A stretch of 64,000 nucleotides of DNA, from the IMG/VR virus record IMGVR_UViG_3300048591_001244, positions 1 to 64,000 of that record; one strand, given 5' to 3'. The DNA comes from a virus. Both the position numbers and the translations under genes were made by a program. Position 1 is the first letter of the stretch, and each line of letters begins with the position of its first letter. Of the stretch, positions 51,171 to 61,059 are shown one piece after another. A model generated the notes under the pieces. That model was given only the letters and a program-made list of their open reading frames with translations, had not been told where the DNA came from and made no database searches.

Positions 51171-51775
51171 AGTTCTTCTTTTTTACTCTCTTTTTTCTTT
51201 TTTTGTTTCCTTGCTTTAGTCGGAGAGCGGAGATCCTGAATTTCTGCAAGCCTGGTCTTATCAGTTTTGCTTCTTCTCCTGTTGGCCTGCCAGATTTCAA
51301 GAAGACTCATTTTATCCCTTCCTTCAATAGAATTCGTTGCCAGTTCATCGGTGTAAATATCATGCTCAATCTTATCAATCTCCTTTGAAAGCAATTCAAT
51401 GGCCGTTTGAATATTTTTGATCTCCAAAGGAGAATTAGCAGCCATCATGTTGATGTTGAGCAAAGATATTTTTGCTCGGTAGTTCTTTTGTGTTTCCCTG
51501 CGGATATCATACTGCAGGGAATCATAAAGTTCTATCTCTTTTTTCAGTCGCTTCTCATGCTTATCATATTCGTTATTTTTGAAGCATCTGGTAGAAGCTG
51601 TCAATCTTCTTTGTTTATGAGTAAGCTGTCTGTAGGGAGAGTAGTAGTCAGTGATCAGGATGATAAAAAGCAAATCCTCTGCCGGTAATTTTCCCAGCAG
51701 AGGTTCTAAGCTTATCGCATCGGGATGTAAAAACACCCCTTTTTGATCATCGTATAAAAATAGCGTGCTTGCCAT
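51167..51775 (-). CDS. Hypothetical protein, possible terminase small subunit
   Basis: DYYSPY motif, coiled coil, upstream of terL; function inferred from position only. Confidence 0.5.
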   Translation of the reverse strand: MASTLFLYDDQKGVFLHPDAISLEPLLGKLPAEDLLFIILITDYYSPYRQLTHKQRRLTASTRCFKNNEYDKHEKRLKKEIELYDSLQYDIRRETQKNYRAKISLLNINMMAANSPLEIKNIQTAIELLSKEIDKIEHDIYTDELATNSIEGRDKMSLLEIWQANRRRSKTDKTRLAEIQDLRSPTKARKQKKKKESKKEEL

Positions 51776-52554
51776 TATAATGGAAGTTGTCTGCGTTGTG
51801 ATCTTTGCTTTTCAATAGCAGCTTTTCTTTCTTCAGATTTTAATTGAGCAAGTTTGCGAAGGTCATCATTTCCTTCCAGAACAGATTTTATCCTGGAAAG
51901 TTCCATGCCGAGCCACATCTTTGCTTCTATCAAGGCAAGCCATGAAGTCTGTACAAAGATCCCTTCAAAGTTATGGTCCTGATAAGCATCAATGATCGTC
52001 TGAATAACACTACGAATTCTCTTAACTCCCGATGTTTGAGAAAGACCATTTTCATTAAAGATATGTCCATCTACAGCCTCAGCTGTCGGTTCGATCTTTT
52101 TTGATTCCGGGTTCATGCTTTCCGGATATAGATTCTCCTGATCCAGTTCCTTTAGGCGCATGTCAAGGAACATTTTTGCTTTTTCAAGGTTTGTAAGTGC
52201 CAGTGACACTTCTCGGCTGGGATTTAAAACCTTCACTGAGTTCATCAGCGCGTGAATATCCCTTCGTATAATTCGTATTCTTTCTGTTTCTACTACCATA
52301 AGATTTTGATTAGCGTCAAGAATTACTGATTCACTGTTATTCTCCGGATGATCATCATCGTCATCATCATCAAAGTGAGACCCCTCTTGATAATCGTAAT
52401 TTTCATTACTTCCAGAACCATCATTATCTTCAACGACAAGTTCAATGTCACCAAGTTTGAAAGGCTCCTGTGGAACTTCTTCCAAAGGACTGCTTTCAGG
52501 AGATGGTTTAATCAAAGGCTTCTTGCGAAAAACCCCTTTTTCATTTTCACTCAT
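51775..52554 (-). CDS. Protein with two Acb2/Tad1-like helical hairpins
   Basis: SREVSLALTNLEKAKMFL and SWLALIEAKMWLGMEL. Confidence 0.5.
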   Translation of the reverse strand: MSENEKGVFRKKPLIKPSPESSPLEEVPQEPFKLGDIELVVEDNDGSGSNENYDYQEGSHFDDDDDDDHPENNSESVILDANQNLMVVETERIRIIRRDIHALMNSVKVLNPSREVSLALTNLEKAKMFLDMRLKELDQENLYPESMNPESKKIEPTAEAVDGHIFNENGLSQTSGVKRIRSVIQTIIDAYQDHNFEGIFVQTSWLALIEAKMWLGMELSRIKSVLEGNDDLRKLAQLKSEERKAAIEKQRSQRRQLPL

Positions 52555-52566
52555 TTTTTTTTAGTT

Positions 52567-53346
52567 TTAAAAATAGTTAGTAATTGACGCTTGGTTAAGC
52601 AGCGTCTGAGCTTCGTGTTTCAAGTATGGAATGGGAATCTTCAACCAAAATACTGGCTCGTTTTTTTCCATCGCTTCTAAGTTTATCCAGATCAAAGATA
52701 GTGTTCCTATCCGATATCCGTGTTCTTCCATCATCGCAGCATATAAACTTTGCTGTATAGCATACCGGGTGTACTTATTATCGACAAGATGATCAATCGG
52801 TGGATACATCCAGGCACTGTACTGATAAACATTCTCAATACCCTTCTTATTGGTCTTAAAATCTTCAATATGAAGGATTTTATTCTTTGGAGATTCCAAA
52901 ATAGGAACGTCCATTGTTCCGGCAACCTGAGCTTTTTCAGAATAAGCAATGACTTCCGTATAGCATTGGTAGTAATTAGAGAAGATTCCTGCCAGCCGGC
53001 GGATTTGCTTCTCCCACTGAGGTTCTGTTATCTGTCCTGAGCCAATGTAATCTTCCATTGCATTGTGAAAGATTGTTCCTCTGTCTGCAGCATCCTGACC
53101 GCCTTGCTTCCATTGCTCCTGTAACTTTTTTGACTCCCTGTTGATCGATGCTGTTGTTATTGCTACACCATCAGCTTTCATCTTTTTAATGGCGCTACCT
53201 ACAGAAGCTCCTTTGGCATCAAAGGCTTTGTAATACTGAGCAAGTAATTTGCTTACCGATATGTATCTGGTACCATCCTGATGATAGTACTGATGCTCCG
53301 GATCTTTACGGTGAACTTTATTTGGAAATGGATTAAGTGTATTCAT
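52567..53346 (-). CDS. PD-(D/E)XK exonuclease (Cas4/RecB-like)
   Basis: SVSKLL, RGTIFH, E...VAGTMD, IEDFKT, YAIQQSLY. Confidence 0.85.
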   Translation of the reverse strand: MNTLNPFPNKVHRKDPEHQYYHQDGTRYISVSKLLAQYYKAFDAKGASVGSAIKKMKADGVAITTASINRESKKLQEQWKQGGQDAADRGTIFHNAMEDYIGSGQITEPQWEKQIRRLAGIFSNYYQCYTEVIAYSEKAQVAGTMDVPILESPKNKILHIEDFKTNKKGIENVYQYSAWMYPPIDHLVDNKYTRYAIQQSLYAAMMEEHGYRIGTLSLIWINLEAMEKNEPVFWLKIPIPYLKHEAQTLLNQASITNYF

Positions 53347-53358
53347 ATCATCATCGAT

Positions 53359-53949
53359 TTAAGTCTTTTCTCTTCTTACAGGCCCTCCAAAAGAATTTAG
53401 ATTTTGCAATCGAGTAGTTTCATCTATCTGATTCTTATCAAGAGGATGCATTCCTTGCTTCGGACTAACATATTGATCATCATAAACCAAAGGAATTACA
53501 ATTCCGCAAATGAGCATATTGTAAACAGAATAATGAAAATCTTCAATTCCCCTGCTTAAATCTGCATGCCTTTGAATTGAACTTGCTCTTTCATCAGTAG
53601 CAACAAAACTCTGAAAGTAAACAGCATACCATTTGCCATCAGTATGCTGTTTCCTTAAATAACTCTCAATATCTATACCACCAGCTTTATTATAACCAAC
53701 ATGAATCTTCGGATAAATAGCCTTCCCTGTCAGATCAATCTCTATAGGAATACTCTCACTTTCAACTTCAATAGTCAATGGCCCTTTTTTCAGGGGACAC
53801 TTTTTCGGGATAGTATCCAACATTAATGGATCCAATGTATTTTGATAAGATCCTGCATTTTCAACATTTGGGTGGCTACACTCATACTGCTCTCCATGAA
53901 ATAAGAACAGACAGCTTCGGCAGTTTTTTACTACTAATTTATTTTCCAT
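53359..53949 (-). CDS. Hypothetical protein with an N-terminal Cys cluster
   Basis: CRSC...CSHP...CPL. Confidence 0.6.
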   Translation of the reverse strand: MENKLVVKNCRSCLFLFHGEQYECSHPNVENAGSYQNTLDPLMLDTIPKKCPLKKGPLTIEVESESIPIEIDLTGKAIYPKIHVGYNKAGGIDIESYLRKQHTDGKWYAVYFQSFVATDERASSIQRHADLSRGIEDFHYSVYNMLICGIVIPLVYDDQYVSPKQGMHPLDKNQIDETTRLQNLNSFGGPVRREKT

Positions 53950-54072
53950 AATTTTTTTTTCTAACTCTTTTGCATTGGAATATGGAGTTATTTACAGTTC
54001 CGGAAATTTTGACTTTAAATAATTCGTAGCCTCTAACCAACGTTCTTCAAAAGTATATTTCTTTGACATAAT

Positions 54073-54243
54073 TTATTCCTCCAGTAATTGTTCTATAGAT
54101 TTCCTGCAGAGATAAATCTCATTGACCTCAGACTCCCCTGATTCAATTTCATCCCTGCAGAGCTGTAATAAGTCAGCCACTTCCTGACCATGTTCCGGGT
54201 ATTCACTTACAAACTCCCGGGCAAATTCTTCTAACTGTTCCAT
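54073..54243 (-). CDS. Small acidic hypothetical protein (not in the ORF track)
   Basis: MEQLEEFAREFVSEYPEHGQEV...IEQLLEE*, 56 aa. Confidence 0.55.
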   Translation of the reverse strand: MEQLEEFAREFVSEYPEHGQEVADLLQLCRDEIESGESEVNEIYLCRKSIEQLLEE

Positions 54244-54289
54244 CGCTTCTTTTTTAATTGTGTTTGAAACTAACTAAGCTCAGTTTCTG

Positions 54290-54781
54290 CTATTTCCCAA
54301 ATAGCTCCTTTCTCATTTTGTAAGTCATTAATTTCCCCCGAAAACCGGATCGCCTTGACTTCTGCCTATCAACCTCTTTCTTAGGAATCGTCAGATGACT
54401 CTCCCAGTATACTTTCATGCAGCTCTCACGATAAATCCTCTGCTCTTCAGTCATAGGCATCTCATGATAGATCCTTTTACTTGCCTGAGACTCTAACATC
54501 TTCAATATTTCTATCGCCTGCTCTCTTGTTGAAGGAAGCGGAATCAACTTACTCTTATTCATTGGTTCATCTACCATATCTTCATTTTTTCTAAGCATTA
54601 TTTGTGTACCTCTCCTGAATTTCATAATTACAGGAGTAGCATCAATTGCTCTTGCAAAATCTACTAACCTATAGTAGTACTCAAATACCTTCCAGTCATG
54701 ATCAGTATAAGAAGAAAACTCTTTTTCAGAATCCATAGTCGTCATCATTATTCCCTTGCCCGAAAGGAAAATGGTAGGCAA
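54290..54781 (-). CDS. Hypothetical protein
   Basis: ORF; start probably at MMTT. Confidence 0.55.
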   Translation of the reverse strand: MPTIFLSGKGIMMTTMDSEKEFSSYTDHDWKVFEYYYRLVDFARAIDATPVIMKFRRGTQIMLRKNEDMVDEPMNKSKLIPLPSTREQAIEILKMLESQASKRIYHEMPMTEEQRIYRESCMKVYWESHLTIPKKEVDRQKSRRSGFRGKLMTYKMRKELFGK

Positions 54782-54842
54782 ATAATCCCGAAGCTATCAG
54801 GATTATTGCCATTATTAACAGCCCATTTATCAGTCCTCCTTT

Positions 54843-55445
54843 TTAAAACACTTCCTCTGCTTCACCTACGGAAAAATCCGCCGGCTCCATCACAATACAC
54901 CCCTGCTTCTCTAAAATAGACTTCGCCTTAACCAACAGCTCTTCCTCACTCATTGAATCAAGGTTCAGATCAACAAATTCTTTTTTTACCTTCTCATCCC
55001 CATACTCCTTGAAATCCAATAACACCTGCTTGGAATTCATTGCCGTACTTCCCTGTACATGCAACGCCACCAACTCATGCAATTCTCCCACCAACCTCGA
55101 CAACCCCGCGAAATCCTTATACTCCGTTCCCTCATTCATCCAGGCCGTAGTAACATTGTAATCCAACGAGTCATAACTCATCACCTGTGCCATCAATGAT
55201 ACCTTCTCAACATCACCCAAAACACCTACAACACTCAACAACGTCTGATCCTCAACCCTCAACATCCGTTTACAGTGCTCCTCCATCTTGATCAATACCA
55301 TCCGAATCTCCGGCGTAACAGGCATCCGGTACTTCCCCGATAAACTGTTCCTAAACTTCATCCCGCCACTGTCCATCTCCTGATCATACTCCACAGCCAA
55401 TCCATTAGTACCGTGGTTCATTAACTTAACCTTTGCGATTTTCAT
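54843..55445 (-). CDS. Hypothetical protein
   Basis: 200-aa ORF. Confidence 0.7.
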   Translation of the reverse strand: MKIAKVKLMNHGTNGLAVEYDQEMDSGGMKFRNSLSGKYRMPVTPEIRMVLIKMEEHCKRMLRVEDQTLLSVVGVLGDVEKVSLMAQVMSYDSLDYNVTTAWMNEGTEYKDFAGLSRLVGELHELVALHVQGSTAMNSKQVLLDFKEYGDEKVKKEFVDLNLDSMSEEELLVKAKSILEKQGCIVMEPADFSVGEAEEVF

Positions 55446-55800
55446 GTCTCCTAATTATTTTTTCCCTTATCTCATTTATATTGGCCGGAAAATATTCCAA
55501 ATCCCCCGGTTGCAATCTCTTCATCTCTACCTCAACACTACGCCTCAAATAATCCCGCAATTCATCTTCACTATCAAATAATAACAACTCCCTCACCCAA
55601 TACCCATGATCAACAACATCAAACAAATTCTCTACCCTGCTCCTACACAAATATAACCGCTCCAAATACGGATACGTATCACCAGCCTCATTCCGCTCTA
55701 TCCGCCTATACAACTCGTAATCCCCCAACTTCCCTACATCCCAAAACTCATCAAAACAGCCACACTGCTCCACCCGAAATACTCCTGATCTCGTTCCCAT
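55426..55800 (-). CDS. Hypothetical protein, start revised to MGTRSG
   Basis: TATATTTG -7 box at 55808-55815 lies just upstream of the in-frame ATG at 55800. Confidence 0.55.
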   Translation of the reverse strand: MGTRSGVFRVEQCGCFDEFWDVGKLGDYELYRRIERNEAGDTYPYLERLYLCRSRVENLFDVVDHGYWVRELLLFDSEDELRDYLRRSVEVEMKRLQPGDLEYFPANINEIREKIIRRHENRKG

Positions 55801-56132
55801 AATTCTACAAATATAGAACCTTTTTGTAAACCAGTACAGGTCCCAACGACCTAGCCAGAACCCATACCAATTTACGCGTATTAACACAAATTCCCCATAA
55901 AATCTTTGAATAAAAGAAAAATTATTTCTCACCACAATATACATCTACATTTGTTATTTCTAACAAATAGTACCAACTTTATTTATCAACAATTCATTTG
56001 TTATTCCTAACAAGAATATATACATAGTCATGTTACCGGGAGAAGGTGTTCGGTTCTTCAGGTCTTAGGGGGCCCCCATGTTCGGGGTGGGGGGTAGGTC
56101 TTTATTCGGGTAGGAGTCCCTAAAAAAAAAAT

Positions 56133-56154
56133 AAGCCCTCTCATCTGAGGGCTT
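56133..56154 (-). terminator. Intrinsic terminator
   Basis: AAGCCCTC/GAGGGCTT stem followed by a T tract on the - strand. Confidence 0.7.
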
Positions 56155-56320
56155 CACGTATCGTCCATTTAACCTGCCATGTGGTCTAGGCCTTGCTGAT
56201 GAGTAGCAAGATTAGCTTACTTTCATGCTTTGTCGTATTCTAAAGCATCTTCTTTTACGACGGTAAGCGTACCGTCAGGTAATTCATAATAAATCATAGC
56301 AAGGGAAAGAAAAACTACCC

Positions 56321-56506
56321 CTAATTGGGATAGTTCTTCTCTACATAGTTCTTCAGTACAAGCGCATTGTACAATGTCTTGAACTGTTCGGGCGTGAGTA
56401 GTAGTTCGGTGTTGAAGTGAACGATTCGCCCGATAGTTAAGCAGATGAACTGCTTTTGCGTGTCTGACAGTTTCCCTATGAATGTCACCTGGTATCTTGT
56501 TGTCAT
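56321..56506 (-). CDS. Hypothetical protein
   Basis: 61-aa ORF. Confidence 0.5.
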   Translation of the reverse strand: MTTRYQVTFIGKLSDTQKQFICLTIGRIVHFNTELLLTPEQFKTLYNALVLKNYVEKNYPN

Positions 56507-56641
56507 GATGATTTAAGTTAAAGGAAAATCAATCCATCCAGTGTTCACCGTTCTCATGTCCGTCATAGATAGTGAGTTCTTTGCTTATCTGACGTGAATT
56601 TTTGTTTTTCATAGCTGTATAGTTTAGAGTTAGAACAAAAA

Positions 56642-56674
56642 AAAGAGATTCCCCGTATTTCAGGGGAATCTCTT
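56642..56674 (-). terminator. Intrinsic terminator
   Basis: AAAGAGATTCCCC/GGGGAATCTCTTT stem plus T tract. Confidence 0.8.
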
Positions 56675-56678
56675 TCAC

Positions 56679-57233
56679 TTAAACCTCAAGGGCTTCAAGC
56701 GGACGAATCGCTTTCAATCGAACGTCCATCTTGTGCGTCACCGGATTCATTTCAGGGCCGAGAACGATAGTCAGTTCACGTCCTAACAAATCAGCAACCT
56801 TGAAATTGGCCTCAAGCGGTAAGCCTGTAGCTCCTGCCAAACCTTGAAAGATGCTCAAAGCCTGGTCAGAACGATTCGGCTTCCATCCGTCAGCTTTCTT
56901 CTGCTCAGGTGTGGAATACGGAACTTTCTCACGCAATCCAGTACTGAGATTCAGAGCATAACCGCCTGCATCTATGTACTTTCCTGACTCACGCTCTTTC
57001 TCGCTGAGTTCAGCAAAAAGCCTGTAAGCAAACAGATTGTAATAATGCCTGAACTGACGGCCCTCCTTATCTTTGAAGGTTACCTCTGCCTGTTCGTCCT
57101 TGTCCTTGAAATCGGACTTCTTGTGTTCAGGCACCTTACCTTCAATTCCTGCAATGCGCACATTATGCACACCAGACTCCAGTAGGCCAGACTTAGCTTC
57201 ACCTACGGTAAACACCATTTCATTCAAATTCAT
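56679..57233 (-). CDS. Hypothetical protein, possible DUF669-like ssDNA-binding protein
   Basis: LLESGVHNVRIAGIE...EVTFKD...DLLGRELTIVL pattern. Confidence 0.5.
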   Translation of the reverse strand: MNLNEMVFTVGEAKSGLLESGVHNVRIAGIEGKVPEHKKSDFKDKDEQAEVTFKDKEGRQFRHYYNLFAYRLFAELSEKERESGKYIDAGGYALNLSTGLREKVPYSTPEQKKADGWKPNRSDQALSIFQGLAGATGLPLEANFKVADLLGRELTIVLGPEMNPVTHKMDVRLKAIRPLEALEV

Positions 57234-57577
57234 AACAAATAGTTTTAGGGCTGGCTTATCACCAGCGTGTTAATACGAACAAAAGAAAAATTGAATCCCC
57301 CTCTTTAGCACAACCACAACGCTACACCACCATCATACGACAGGACAGGTCTAATAGGCTTTACCGACAGATACGACAGGATCTATAGCGAAAGGACAGG
57401 ACTAATACCATGAACGCAAAAATTCCCCGCCGGGTAGTGAAGCCCAACAGGGAATAGCAAGAAAAGAAAACCATTATCAGGTATCGACCACAATGATACA
57501 TAAAAAAAACCATCAGATATACTCCGATGGCTCTTTTGTCCTGTACCCCTACAGGACGTTCATTTACTTCCGAGCTA

Positions 57578-57585
57578 CAAATATA
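57578..57585 (-). promoter_or_regulatory. TAnnTTTG -7 box
   Basis: TATATTTG on the - strand at the head of the leftward transcription unit. Confidence 0.45.
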
Positions 57586-58365
57586 ATAACTTCCAATCAC
57601 CACAACAAATTTATTTTACTATCTGCCAATTAGGCACACCTCCATAGCCCATCCTAAAGTGATACATGATACTTACATAATTACTTTATCATTTCTCTGT
57701 AACTCCTTGATTATCAGTAGGTCTTATATTTTTTGTCGACATATATTGTGATTATTGTCTGAAAAGGGTGATTATTTGTTGAGTGGGGTATTATTTGTTT
57801 GGGTTATTGATTTGGGGTATTTCTGGGATTGTTTGTGGATATTTTGTGTTATTGTTGGGAGTACTATACATTCTGGAGGAAAGAGGGGAGGGAGAGGAGG
57901 AGCCGAAATGAAGTTTCGGCCCTTGGCCCAGAGGGAGACTTGACATTCTGTCGGAAGTCGGGTAAGGTATGAGTATGGAGTTGATGGGCGACAGAAGTTT
58001 TGAACATATCGCTTGTTACCATCATTACAGCCTATTGGTCAGGTGATGAACGAGATGGGTTTTAGTTGGCTGTTGGATACGGCGGGGCCTGCTGGTGGGT
58101 CAGGTTTGTAGGAGGGATCTGGTGTCCGCTACTCAGGTGTGGAGGTAATTAACGGGAGTCCGGTTGGGCTTGGAACAAAGGCAGTAATGAACTGTACCGG
58201 GCCGAATAAAGAGTATATCCTTCACACGAGTTAAACAAATAGGTTCACTATCCTATTTCAGGGAACAAAGTAATGGTGTTGTGGTGAGAAAGTCAAGAGT
58301 TTGGGGGAAATAATTTTTCTTTCTTTCGTAATCTAATAAGTATTAACCAGATAAAATAAAAAACT

Positions 58366-58812
58366 ATGAAAATTGAGTCCTTTAGTTATGACGAATTGAG
58401 AGTTAACCATGAATTGTTTGATAATAAAATGGGCAAGTCACATGAGATCTTTAATATTGATTCGGAGCGTTATAAGTTGATAACCGATGCTATTTCAGTC
58501 CGGGCTAATAAGATTGTGGATACCCTACAAAAAGCTTCTGATTCAAAATCTGTACAAGAAAAGACAGATCTGCTCAAGCCGTATTTTAATGAACTCACCT
58601 TACCGGTTGTCATGACAGATCACTTACTTAAAAACAGTGAGGTGAAGTATGAGTCTGTAGAAGAGTTCTTTGTTGCTGTCCTATTGTGCGGTCAATTTTT
58701 TACTCAGACCAATCAAACTATGTCCAATAATCCTTCTGTTGCAATAACCATTAATCTAATAAACGTTGAAAACCTTTTGGAGACAAAGAAAGGAGAAGTC
58801 AATGAACAGTAG
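58366..58812 (+). CDS. Hypothetical protein
   Basis: 148-aa ORF after an A-rich leader. Confidence 0.7.
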   Translation: MKIESFSYDELRVNHELFDNKMGKSHEIFNIDSERYKLITDAISVRANKIVDTLQKASDSKSVQEKTDLLKPYFNELTLPVVMTDHLLKNSEVKYESVEEFFVAVLLCGQFFTQTNQTMSNNPSVAITINLINVENLLETKKGEVNEQ

Positions 58813-59148
58813 AGAATTGAAAGTACAATCAAAGTATGTCCATGAGGTCCGGCCGGTGTATATCAAGGAGGCAACGAGATCTTTCAGCTATACCACCATA
58901 CTACCGGATCCATTTCCGGTGTGCAGGTAGATATCAGGATGGTCCTTGCCCTGGCATTATCATGTGGTGCATATGCAATGATTCTTACCCATAATCACCC
59001 ATCCGGAAGGACATACCCTTCGGAAAGTGACAAAGAGATCACTAAGCAATTTGCCGATGCTGCAAAATTACACGATATCAAGATCCTCGATCATATTATC
59101 GTCTCACAAGAAAGCTATTATTCCTTCGCTGATGAAGGAGAGCTGTAA
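58802..59148 (+). pseudogene. radC: RadC-like JAB-domain gene with internal deletion and frameshift
   Basis: HNHPSG...PSESD...ILDHII...YYSFADEG in one frame; N-terminal MNSRELKVQSKYVHEVRPVY in another; junction at ~58865. Confidence 0.7.
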
Positions 59149-59167
59149 ACCTTAAAATCAAAATGCT

Positions 59168-59392
59168 ATGACCAAACAAGAACAAATGAAAAGAATTCTG
59201 GTTTTTATTCGATTTCATACTGATATGCAGAATTTAGACAGAATAAGCCATATTGATTTAGATAGACTCGTTGCTTTCATCTTGCAATCGCTATATAATG
59301 AAAATCCAGCATTGGCTGTATCTGCTTCTGAAGAATTGAATTTTACCAGAACAAAGAAAACCTATGTTAACAATCTAAATCGACGATCATGA
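59168..59392 (+). CDS. Hypothetical protein
   Basis: 74-aa ORF. Confidence 0.55.
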   Translation: MTKQEQMKRILVFIRFHTDMQNLDRISHIDLDRLVAFILQSLYNENPALAVSASEELNFTRTKKTYVNNLNRRS

Positions 59393-59640
59393 CAAAAATT
59401 AATCAAGAACTAATACATACCCTCTCAGCTTCAGAAGCTCAGGAAGGTATTGTTGAAATTGAAAAACTAATGGCTAAGCATCAAGAGGTCTGCTCTCGTA
59501 TCAGTACTGATATGGAGCCGGAAGAACTGTTCTACCTACGAATAGAAGCTGCCATGACTGAAAGAGAGCTGCTTGTGGCTAAGAAAAAGATGAGACAACA
59601 AATGAAACGCAAACAAGTTCTCGGGGAGGTGTCATGTTAG
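59389..59640 (+). CDS. Hypothetical protein
   Basis: 83-aa ORF, ATGA overlap. Confidence 0.6.
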   Translation: MTKINQELIHTLSASEAQEGIVEIEKLMAKHQEVCSRISTDMEPEELFYLRIEAAMTERELLVAKKKMRQQMKRKQVLGEVSC

Positions 59641-59719
59641 ATATCCAACAATCACCGCAGAAACGAAAAGCGAGGAAGCAATTATAGGATTAAAACTGCA
59701 AGACAGAAAAAATGCAAAG

Positions 59720-59844
59720 TACGTGCCGCAGCTAAACGCTGTTGGCGATTTGAAATACGAAATTATCAATCTAAAAATAAAGTAACAATGGAAAACGAAA
59801 ATTTGAATACATCAGAAGCCGCCAATAGCGATTTAGGTGCTGTT
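59720..59844 (+). repeat. attC-like hairpin 1 (left core degenerate, TAC)
   Basis: Arms 59728-59747 GCAGCTAAACGCTGTTGGCG and 59820-59840 CGCCAATAGCGATTTAGGTGC; GTT at 59842. Confidence 0.7.
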
Positions 59845-60078
59845 AGTGGCAGTAGGGATTCTCAGGAAGATTGGTATGATGATGAATATTACGAGGGACA
59901 GCCGCACGAGGATTGCCCTAAATGTGGTAGAAGCTATGACCATATTGATTTTGATTACCAAAGCTGCTCTAAATGCGGCTGGGATGCTGAAAATGAAAAA
60001 TGGACAGAAGCCCGTGAGCCATCTGATGATGATTATTTAAATGGGGGTGCGGACATTCTTACTGGAAGGTGGTATTAG
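59788..60078 (+). CDS. Cassette protein with two CxxC pairs (zinc ribbon)
   Basis: CPKC...CSKC; ATG lies in the loop of hairpin 1. Confidence 0.7.
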   Translation: MENENLNTSEAANSDLGAVSGSRDSQEDWYDDEYYEGQPHEDCPKCGRSYDHIDFDYQSCSKCGWDAENEKWTEAREPSDDDYLNGGADILTGRWY

Positions 60079-60088
60079 TATTGCCACT

Positions 60089-60212
60089 AACGTGTTTGCG
60101 CTTGGCGCAGTGGCGGATTTCGGAGCGAAAAACTTTCAAACCACCACTAAAGCTGATGCGAGGCACAATGTTGAATTAACCACTAAAACCGCCATTGAGC
60201 CAAACGCATGTT
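60089..60212 (+). repeat. attC-like hairpin 2
   Basis: AAC 60089-60091; arms 60097-60116 and 60189-60208 (17/20 complementary); GTT at 60210. Confidence 0.8.
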
Positions 60213-60386
60213 ATGCTCTCGTTGCGGTTCATTAAGCAGAACTTTCAATCGAAGCAAGGTGTTTTTAATCTTTTTTTGTGCGGTGGTCAAAAAAATATCA
60301 ACATTGAAAATCAGCACTTTAGAGATAATAATACAAATAAGTGAAAAATATTTGTAAAAATGCTTGGTGGTTACAAATAAGCGGCT

Positions 60387-60394
60387 TATATTTG
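60387..60394 (+). promoter_or_regulatory. Cassette-internal TAnnTTTG promoter
   Basis: TATATTTG with CTTG ~24 nt upstream, ahead of the ATG at 60426. Confidence 0.65.
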
Positions 60395-60425
60395 TACTGT
60401 CATTAACAATCAAAATAACAAGAAA

Positions 60426-60851
60426 ATGAAAAATTTAATCAAAAACACAATCATCAGACAAGCAATCGAATTAGGTTTTGACTTTGAACAATTCACTAAC
60501 GATGCAGATTTGCAAGAAGTAAGCGAAGCACTTATGGACTTCTTTAACGAAAATTCAGACAAGTTGCCAAAACTTGAAGATGCGTGCGAAGTAACAAGCA
60601 ACGGAAGAACACAACACGTAAGCTATGGCGATTTTTGGTCTGATGGAGAGATAGTTAATTTTTCAGACAACTGGCACAAATCACCTGAAACAAAAGTTTT
60701 TCACTCTGATTTTGTAATGGAAGATACTGACGGATTGATGAAAAATATGAACTTGTATTATTTAGTTGGCGAAACTGATTACAACGCACCTGACGGCTAC
60801 TATTACAGCAAAAGCGAAAAAAGACACGTAAAAGAAGAAGAAAATGCGTAA
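60426..60851 (+). CDS. Acidic hypothetical protein
   Basis: 141-aa ORF. Confidence 0.7.
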   Translation: MKNLIKNTIIRQAIELGFDFEQFTNDADLQEVSEALMDFFNENSDKLPKLEDACEVTSNGRTQHVSYGDFWSDGEIVNFSDNWHKSPETKVFHSDFVMEDTDGLMKNMNLYYLVGETDYNAPDGYYYSKSEKRHVKEEENA

Positions 60852-61059
60852 GATTTTTCACTTAGAAATCAAATCGGAAAGCTCCCATAAATACTACGGG
60901 AGCTTATCCGCTTTATGCTCTGAAAACCCAAATTTGGGTATTTCAAAATTCACACTTGACAGATTTGATTTTACAGAACCTTTTGAAAATGCAACTTGCA
61001 TTATCCGAAAATCAGTAATGAAAACTACTGGAAGCGTGGGAGAAAAAGTTAAATGGTAA
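60844..61059 (+). CDS. Small putative DNA-binding protein
   Basis: HKYYGSLSALC...LGISKFTL, HTH-like. Confidence 0.6.
   Translation: MRKIFHLEIKSESSHKYYGSLSALCSENPNLGISKFTLDRFDFTEPFENATCIIRKSVMKTTGSVGEKVKW

Noticed and set aside
15593-53346. Many short antisense or nested ORFs in the ORF track (e.g. 30019-30633, 45448-45924, 42708-43181)
   Set aside because: They are shadows of long genes on the other strand or frame and have no recognisable motifs
54061-54070. 10-nt identity (CTTTGACATA) with the candidate sRNA at 4553-4562
   Set aside because: Too short to exceed chance in 64 kb of AT-rich sequence
4611-55445. Stop-codon reassignment (TAG/TGA), known in some crAss-like phages
   Set aside because: Genes up to 4509 aa are intact and tightly packed under the standard code, and TAG ends several genes
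56060-56125. G-rich tract as a G-quadruplex
   Set aside because: The G runs are interleaved with complementary C runs that favour a hairpin, so the evidence is insufficient
57361-57943. ORFs 57361-57603 (-) and 57755-57943 (+)
   Set aside because: Non-ATG starts and hydrophobic low-complexity translations, explained by local G/T skew
60041-60413. ORFs 60041-60235 (+) and 60183-60413 (-)
   Set aside because: They are read-throughs of hairpin 2 and the promoter leader, with no independent support
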